Positions 57,930 through 64,000 of a DNA stretch of 64,000 bases are shown here, piece after piece. This DNA is from an uncultured Clostridia bacterium (lineage in GTDB: Bacteria > Bacillota > Clostridia > TANB77 > CAG-508), in the NCBI GenBank assembly GCA_910589185.1, contig CAJUSU010000004.1:10195-74194 (forward strand). Direction: 5' to 3'. Within the stretch, counting starts at the first letter, position 1; each line of letters begins with the position of its first letter. Made by a program: the position numbers and the translations under genes. The notes below the pieces were generated by a model. That model saw nothing but the letters and a program-made list of their open reading frames with translations. It was not told where the DNA came from and searched no databases.

Positions 57930-59048
57930 ATGAAAATACGTCATATAGTAGAAACTTTCATTGTAATTATTCTAATCTTAATCACTTTAGGATATATAGG
58001 ATATACTCAGGTAAATGGAAATCCAGAGCAAGTTTTAAACAAAATGGAAAAGGTTAGAACAAAAATAAATATAGAATATGCAAAAGCAGAACTAAAAGAT
58101 ATAGAACCACCAAAAATAGAATTAAAAGGGCAAAAAGTACTTACCTTATATGAAGATGAAACCTACAAAGAAGAAGGATATAAAGTAACAGACAATGTGG
58201 ATAAAGAGTTAGAAAAAGAGGTAACAATAGCAAAACAGCAAATTACTCATAACCAATACCAGATCCTTTATACAGTACAAGACAAGGCAGGGAATAAATC
58301 AACAGCAACAAGAACAATTAATTTACAAAAAAGAGGAAATTTTCAAGGAACTTCAGGGAGTAATAGTTCTGATACAAAAGATATAGATAATAATGAACAA
58401 AATGTAACAGGACCTAATACAGGTGTTATCTATTTAACTTTTGATGACGGACCATCAACAGATATTACCCCTAAAATATTAAATATCTTGGCAGAAGAAA
58501 ATGTAAAAGCGACATTCTTTATTTTAAATTACAATACAGCAACAGAAAATTTAGTAAGAAGAGAAGCGGCAGAAGGTCATAGTATTGGAATTCATGGATA
58601 TTCTCATGATTACAACAAAATTTATCAATCAGTAGAAACTTATATGCAGAATGTAACAAAATTACAAAGCAAAATAAAGAGAACAACAGGAATTACTACA
58701 TATATTACCAGATTTCCAGGAGGAAGTTCAAATACTGTGAGTAGCTTTAATCCTAAAATCATGACAAAACTAACAAAGGAAGTTGTAAAAAGAGGTTTTA
58801 GATATTATGATTGGAATGTGAGCTCAGGAGATGCAGGCGGTGCAAGAAATAAAGATGCGGTTTATAGAAATGTTACTAAGAACTTAATGAGAAATAGAAA
58901 GAATGTTGTGTTAATGCATGACTTTTCAGGCAATAATAAAACGCTAGATGCTTTAAGAGCAATTATTGAATATGGAAAAAAGAATGGGTATATTTTTAGA
59001 CCAATTACGAGCGATACACCTATGATTACACACCCAGTATATAATTAA
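57930..59048 (+). CDS. Membrane-anchored polysaccharide deacetylase (NodB domain) with an N-terminal extra domain
   Basis: TM anchor, then a ~120-aa beta-rich domain, then NodB motifs YLTFDDGPS and HSIGIHGYSHD. Confidence 0.8.
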   Translation: MKIRHIVETFIVIILILITLGYIGYTQVNGNPEQVLNKMEKVRTKINIEYAKAELKDIEPPKIELKGQKVLTLYEDETYKEEGYKVTDNVDKELEKEVTIAKQQITHNQYQILYTVQDKAGNKSTATRTINLQKRGNFQGTSGSNSSDTKDIDNNEQNVTGPNTGVIYLTFDDGPSTDITPKILNILAEENVKATFFILNYNTATENLVRREAAEGHSIGIHGYSHDYNKIYQSVETYMQNVTKLQSKIKRTTGITTYITRFPGGSSNTVSSFNPKIMTKLTKEVVKRGFRYYDWNVSSGDAGGARNKDAVYRNVTKNLMRNRKNVVLMHDFSGNNKTLDALRAIIEYGKKNGYIFRPITSDTPMITHPVYN

Positions 59049-59099
59049 TTTTAAGGTAAGAAAAATAATATAAGTGTTAAAAAGTAAAGGAGAAAGAAA

Positions 59100-59996
59100 A
59101 TGAAAATAGGAATAGACTTAGGTGGAAGCCATATTGCTATAGGAGTTGTGAAAGAAAACGGCACTATATTAGAAAAGAAAGAAACAGATTTAAATAGAAA
59201 AGAACAAGATATATTAGAACAGTTTATTCAAGAGTATATTGTAAGAGGCATCAAAGAATATATAGATAAATATCCTATAGAATTGATAGGTATAGCAAGT
59301 CCAGGAGAACCAAGAGAAGGAAAGATAACTTCCTTAATGAACTTAGGAATTCAAGAATTAGATATTACAGAAACAATTCATAAAATTTGTAATCTTCCTG
59401 TTCAACTTTTTAATGACGCAAAAAGTGCAGGTCTAGCAGAAAAAAAATATGGAGCAATAAGAGAAGATGAAGAAAGTGTATTTATTTGTTTAGGAACAGG
59501 AATAGGAGGAGCGGTATTTATGGAAAATAAACTGCTAACTCCAAAAAGAAATTCAGGTTTTGAATTAGGACATATGGTAATTCAAAAAAATGGAGAACTT
59601 TGCAAATGTGGAAAACGAGGCTGTTTTGAAACTTACTGTTCTATAAAAAGGCTAAAAGAATCATTCATACAAATATTACAAATTCCAGAAGAGACAAAAG
59701 CACAAGAATTATTAGAAATTCTAAGAGAAAGACAAAAGGAAGAAAAGGTAGTAGAAAAAATAAATACTTATATAGAAGACTTAGTGATAGGACTGAGCAA
59801 TATTACAGACATTTTTGAACCACAATCTATTTGCTTAGGAGGTAGCTTTGTATACTTTGAAGACATTTTATATGACAAACTAGTAGAAGCATTTGAAAAA
59901 AAGGAGCAAGTCTTTAATAAAGATAGTATACCAAGCTTAAAATTAGCAATGCTTGGAAATGACGCAGGAATCATAGGAGCTACAATAAAGAAATAA
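59100..59996 (+). CDS. ROK-family sugar kinase (glucokinase-like)
   Basis: DLGGSHIAIG N-terminal motif and the ROK zinc motif CKCGKRGCFETYCS. Confidence 0.85.
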   Translation: MKIGIDLGGSHIAIGVVKENGTILEKKETDLNRKEQDILEQFIQEYIVRGIKEYIDKYPIELIGIASPGEPREGKITSLMNLGIQELDITETIHKICNLPVQLFNDAKSAGLAEKKYGAIREDEESVFICLGTGIGGAVFMENKLLTPKRNSGFELGHMVIQKNGELCKCGKRGCFETYCSIKRLKESFIQILQIPEETKAQELLEILRERQKEEKVVEKINTYIEDLVIGLSNITDIFEPQSICLGGSFVYFEDILYDKLVEAFEKKEQVFNKDSIPSLKLAMLGNDAGIIGATIKK

Positions 59997-59997
59997 T

Positions 59998-60037
59998 GAA
60001 ATTCACAGTATAGAATTGCCTGTACTGTGAATTTTTG
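59998..60037 (+). terminator. Rho-independent terminator
   Basis: TTCACAGTA ...12 nt... TACTGTGAA followed by TTTTTG. Confidence 0.55.
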
Positions 60038-60045
60038 TATTTTAC

Positions 60046-60074
60046 TTGCATTTTAGCTAAAAACGTGTTACAAT
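60046..60074 (+). promoter_or_regulatory. Sigma-A promoter for rpsF-ssb-rpsR
   Basis: TTGCAT, 17-nt spacer, TGtTACAAT. The -35 context cTTGCATTTTAGCTA is shared with the rpsB promoter. Confidence 0.5.
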
Positions 60075-60140
60075 AGGAACGTCTTAAAAATAGACTTTCT
60101 TACTTGCAAAAGAATTTGCAGGTTATTAATCCACGAGGAG

Positions 60141-60431
60141 GTGAAAATAATGAACAAATACGAGAGTGTTGTCATTATTAATCCATCTGTAGAAGAAGAG
60201 AAAGTAAAAGAATTATCTCAAAAATTTACAGATATTATTAATAATGATGGTAAAGTTGAAAAAATTGAAGATCTTGGAAAGAAAAAACTAGCTTATGAAG
60301 TTAAGAAAAACAAAGAAGGATATTATGTAGTAATTAACTTTGAAGCTAATCCAGACTTAATTGCAGAACTTGAAAGAAATTACAGAATTATGGACGAAGT
60401 AATTAAATTCATTACTATCAAAGCAGAATAG
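60141..60431 (+). CDS. rpsF: 30S ribosomal protein S6
   Basis: YESVVIINPS signature; 96 aa. Confidence 0.95.
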   Translation: MKIMNKYESVVIINPSVEEEKVKELSQKFTDIINNDGKVEKIEDLGKKKLAYEVKKNKEGYYVVINFEANPDLIAELERNYRIMDEVIKFITIKAE

Positions 60432-60498
60432 AAAACAATGAAAGAAAAACAACCGAGAAATCGGGGGCCTTTAAGATAGAAGGGTAAGGTATACAAAT

Positions 60499-60930
60499 AT
60501 GAATAAAGTAATTTTAATGGGACGTTTAACAAGAGATCCCGAAGTAAGATACACACAAACAAATAATACATTAGTAGCTTCTTTTAGTTTAGCAATTAAT
60601 CGTAGATTTGTAAGACAAGGCGAAGAAAGACAAGCAGATTTCATTAATATCGTTGCATGGAGCAAATTAGGTGAATTCTGTAGCAAATATTTTAAAAAAG
60701 GTCAACAAGTTTCAGTAGTAGGAAGACTACAAACTAGAACTTGGGATGATGAACAAGGTCAAAAACGTTATATAACAGAGGTCGTAGCTGAAGAAGCATA
60801 CTTTGCAGACAGCAGAAGAGATGGAGAAGGAGCAAATGCTAACTTTGATGCTACTTTCGGAACAATGCCAGCTGCAAACAATGGTGGTTCAGATTTTGAG
60901 ATCTCTTCAGGAGATGATTTGCCTTTTTAA
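60499..60930 (+). CDS. ssb: Single-stranded DNA-binding protein
   Basis: OB-fold (MNKVILMGRLTRDPEVRYT) and acidic C-terminal tail DDLPF. Confidence 0.95.
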   Translation: MNKVILMGRLTRDPEVRYTQTNNTLVASFSLAINRRFVRQGEERQADFINIVAWSKLGEFCSKYFKKGQQVSVVGRLQTRTWDDEQGQKRYITEVVAEEAYFADSRRDGEGANANFDATFGTMPAANNGGSDFEISSGDDLPF

Positions 60931-60984
60931 ATAAAAATAAAAGGGAAAACACCTCTACATTAATATAGATAGGGGGAAAGAGAA

Positions 60985-61263
60985 ATGGCAGACAAGAAAA
61001 ATAATAGAAGAAATAACAGAAACAATGATGAAGATTATAATCCTAAATTTAGAAAAATGAGAAAAAAAGTATGCCCATTATGTGCAGACAAGAATTTGAA
61101 ATTAGATTATAAAAATGCAGATCAGTTAAGAAAATTCATTAATGATAAAGGAAAAATTCTACCAAGAAGAGCAACTGGAGCATGTGCAATTCATCAAAGA
61201 GATATTACACTAGCTGTTAAAAGAGCTAGACAAATTGCTATATTACCATATACTCAAGACTAA
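60985..61263 (+). CDS. rpsR: 30S ribosomal protein S18
   Basis: CPLCADKN...[11 protein letters not shown] signature. Confidence 0.95.
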   Translation: MADKKNNRRNNRNNDEDYNPKFRKMRKKVCPLCADKNLKLDYKNADQLRKFINDKGKILPRRATGACAIHQRDITLAVKRARQIAILPYTQD

Positions 61264-61419
61264 TTAGACAATAAGGACTAGGAATTTCGAAGATTCCTAG
61301 TCTTTTCTTTGTGTTATATAAAACTTCCCTAAACTACTAGCATTTTTCTTTAAAATGCGATACAATAAAAGAAAAGAGAAATTGATAACATATAGATAGA
61401 AGTCGAAAGGAGAATAATC

Positions 61420-62274
61420 GTGAAAAATCCTAAAATTCTATATATTCTAGTTGGTGCATTTTGCGTTTTAGCAATTATTGCAGGAATCTATGCACAATTT
61501 TTTGTAAAAGATGAGGATAAGAATAATATTATTATGCCAAGTTTAAATACTACTCCAGATGATACAATAACAGAGAAAACGGCAGAAGAAATTAAGACAC
61601 AATTTTCAAATCTATTTACGAATGTATTAAATAAGGGAGAATATGATACATCAGGCATTCAAAAAATAGTAGCTCAAAATGATATTGTATATTCTGCCTA
61701 TGATATTGAGGATAAAAAAGAAAATTATGAAGTGGATATTCATTTGCCAGTAATGAATATCCAAGGAGAAGTTCCAACAAACTTCAATAAAATTACACAA
61801 GATATATTTGCTAACAAGGCTTCTGAAATCATGAATAGTAAAAGCAATATTAAGACCCTATATCAAATGGATTATGTATCTTATATTAATGGAGACATTT
61901 TATCATTAATTATTAAAGCAACTTTAAAAGAGGGAAGCAATCCACAAAGAGTGATTATACAAACTTATAATTACAATTTGGCAACTGGTCAAAAAGTAAA
62001 TGTAGAAGATTTAATAGCACAAAGAAATTTAGTACAAAGTGAAGTACAAACAAAAATAAATGATACTGTACGAAAAGCAAAAGAAGAGGCAGAAATATTA
62101 GTGCAATCGGGCTATACAGTATATAATAGAGATTTAAATAACAGTATATACCAATTAGCGAATATTGAAAATTACTTTTTAGGACCAAATGGAGACCTAT
62201 ATATTATATTTGCTTATGGAAATCAGCATCATACTGCAGAAATAGATATTGTATTATATGAACATAAAGGATAA
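61420..62274 (+). CDS. Membrane-anchored hypothetical protein (possibly DUF4163/DUF3298 RsiV-like)
   Basis: GTG start, N-terminal TM, and a soluble domain of ~250 aa. The family call is tentative. Confidence 0.35.
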   Translation: MKNPKILYILVGAFCVLAIIAGIYAQFFVKDEDKNNIIMPSLNTTPDDTITEKTAEEIKTQFSNLFTNVLNKGEYDTSGIQKIVAQNDIVYSAYDIEDKKENYEVDIHLPVMNIQGEVPTNFNKITQDIFANKASEIMNSKSNIKTLYQMDYVSYINGDILSLIIKATLKEGSNPQRVIIQTYNYNLATGQKVNVEDLIAQRNLVQSEVQTKINDTVRKAKEEAEILVQSGYTVYNRDLNNSIYQLANIENYFLGPNGDLYIIFAYGNQHHTAEIDIVLYEHKG

Positions 62275-62278
62275 AAAT

Positions 62279-64000
62279 ATGGCAAAAAATTTACTCATTA
62301 CAGAGAAGCCATCTGTTGCTATGGAATTTGCAAAAGTATTGAAATGTGGTGGCAACAGAAAAGATGGATATATTGAATCAGACAATTGGGTAATTACTTG
62401 GTGTGTAGGTCATCTAGTAACAATGAGCTATCCAGATAAATATGATGAAAACTTAAAGTTTTGGAGACTAGATACACTTCCCTTCATGCCAAAAGAATAT
62501 AAATACGAAGTAATACCAAATGTAGAAAAGCAATTTAATACCGTCAAAAGCCTACTACTAAGAGAGGACGTAGGCTGTATTTACGTTGCAACTGACTCTG
62601 GACGTGAAGGAGAATATATTTATCGTTTAGTAGAAAACCAAATAGGCTTAAAAGACAAACAAAGAAAAAGAGTATGGATTGATTCACAAACAGAAGAAGA
62701 AATCAAAAGAGGAATTGAACAAGCAAAAGACTTAGCAGAATATGATAGTTTGTGCAATTCAGCCTATTTAAGAGCAAAAGAAGATTACCTAATTGGTATC
62801 AATTTTTCTAGATTATTATCTATTATCTATGGACGTAGAATGGCAAAAGATATGGGAGAAGATAAAATTTCTATTTCAGTAGGAAGAGTAATGACATGCG
62901 TATTGGGCATGGTAGTGCAAAGAGAAAGAGAGATTAGAAATTTTGAAAAGATACCATATTATAAGATTATAGGAACTTTTGGAGAAGAGAATAGTTCTTT
63001 TACAGCAGAATGGAAAGTTACTGAAAATTCAAAAATGTGGGAATCTCCCAAGCTATATAATGAAACCGGATTTCGCAAAGAAGAAGAAGCGAAAAATTTC
63101 ATTTTGTCATTAAAAGATAAAAAAGCAACAATTGTAGAGGTAAAAAAGTCAAAAACAAAAGAAAATGCACCACTATTATTTAATTTAGCAGAAATTCAAA
63201 ACGAAGCAACAAAAAGGTTTAAAATCAAACCAGATCAAACATTAGAGATTATTCAAAACTTATATGAAAAAAAATTAGTAACATATCCTAGAACGGATGC
63301 AAGAGTATTATCTACAGCAGTAGCAAAAGTGATTTCTAAAAATCTAAATGGTCTAGCAAAAGGTTACAAAGACGAGGAGATTCAAGGATATATTCAAAAA
63401 ATGGTAGCAGAGAAATATTCAACTGATTTAGTGAAAACAAAGTATGTGAACGATAGCAAAATCACAGACCACTATGCCATTATTCCAACGGGACAAGGGT
63501 TTGAAAATTATGATAGCTTACCAGATTTACAAAAGCAGATGTATAAAGTGATTGTAAAACGTTTTTTAAGTATTTTTTATCCACCAGCAGAATATAGTAA
63601 AATTTCTGTTACGATTGAAGTAGAAAGCGAAGAAGAAAAGAAAGAACAGTTCTCAACAAGTGGCAAGGTTTGTGAAAAATTAGGGTATTTAGAAATTACC
63701 AAAAATGATAGTAAGAACAAAGAGATAAAGCAAGAAGTGAAGGAAGATATAGAAAATAAAGGAAAAGCAATTACACAAGAAGATGAAATGCAAAAAAAGG
63801 AAGAGGAGCAAACAGAAAATCCTAATAACTTAGAAATTCTAAAAAAATTAAAAAAGGGAGAAACAATAGAAGTTTTAAACTATGAAACAAAGACTTCAGA
63901 AACTTCACCACCATCTAGATATAATTCAGGTTCTATGATACTTGCTATGGAAAATGCAGGAAAATTAATTGAAGAAGAAGAATTAAGAGAACAAATCAAA
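62279..64000 (+). CDS. topB: DNA topoisomerase III, 3'-partial
   Basis: Toprim N-terminus LLITEKPSVA..., DSGREGE motif. The frame is open to the window end. Confidence 0.8.
   Translation, partial: MAKNLLITEKPSVAMEFAKVLKCGGNRKDGYIESDNWVITWCVGHLVTMSYPDKYDENLKFWRLDTLPFMPKEYKYEVIPNVEKQFNTVKSLLLREDVGCIYVATDSGREGEYIYRLVENQIGLKDKQRKRVWIDSQTEEEIKRGIEQAKDLAEYDSLCNSAYLRAKEDYLIGINFSRLLSIIYGRRMAKDMGEDKISISVGRVMTCVLGMVVQREREIRNFEKIPYYKIIGTFGEENSSFTAEWKVTENSKMWESPKLYNETGFRKEEEAKNFILSLKDKKATIVEVKKSKTKENAPLLFNLAEIQNEATKRFKIKPDQTLEIIQNLYEKKLVTYPRTDARVLSTAVAKVISKNLNGLAKGYKDEEIQGYIQKMVAEKYSTDLVKTKYVNDSKITDHYAIIPTGQGFENYDSLPDLQKQMYKVIVKRFLSIFYPPAEYSKISVTIEVESEEEKKEQFSTSGKVCEKLGYLEITKNDSKNKEIKQEVKEDIENKGKAITQEDEMQKKEEEQTENPNNLEILKKLKKGETIEVLNYETKTSETSPPSRYNSGSMILAMENAGKLIEEEELREQIK

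Noticed and set aside
1-64000. CRISPR arrays, IS elements, transposases
   Set aside because: No regularly spaced direct repeats with unique spacers were found, and no transposase or integrase signatures in any frame.

Overview
This is a low-GC Firmicutes (Clostridia-like, spore-forming anaerobe) chromosomal segment with dense coding and mostly housekeeping content. Left to right: the 3' end of a Big_2-repeat surface protein; an agr-type quorum-sensing locus (agrB, agrD, then convergent agrC-like histidine kinase and LytTR regulator); a sporulation/ribosome-maturation block (polysaccharide deacetylase, yqfC, yqfD, an unknown 410-aa protein, ybeY, a dgkA-PAP2 fusion, DUF3048); a bifurcating [FeFe]-hydrogenase set (NuoE-like, NuoF-like, HydA) interrupted by MFS, pepC and GNAT genes; then era-yqzL-recO, two GT2 glycosyltransferases, a histidine phosphatase, pth, RNase G, an acyl-CoA ligase, rpsB-tsf, an ArsR/CadC-P-type ATPase metal-efflux pair, rluD/rsuA-type pseudouridine synthases, spoVB/murJ-like flippase, hup, tRNA-Leu(UAA), ppa, uppP; a complete type IV pilus cluster (pilMN fusion, pilO, pilA, pilD, two minor pilins, pilB, pilT, pilC); rpsF-ssb-rpsR; and the start of topoisomerase III. 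The accessory-looking items are: (i) an orphan prepilin-leader protein fused to an FGE-sulfatase-like domain, whose start is disrupted by a frameshift in a poly-A tract; (ii) a TraG/VirD4-like multi-TM ATPase with a replication-relaxation-like wHTH partner wedged between rRNA modification genes and spoVB; (iii) a tRNA-Leu-adjacent three-gene islet with an ImmA/IrrE-type zinc peptidase translationally coupled to a small 2-TM protein. No CRISPR array, integrase or transposase was seen.
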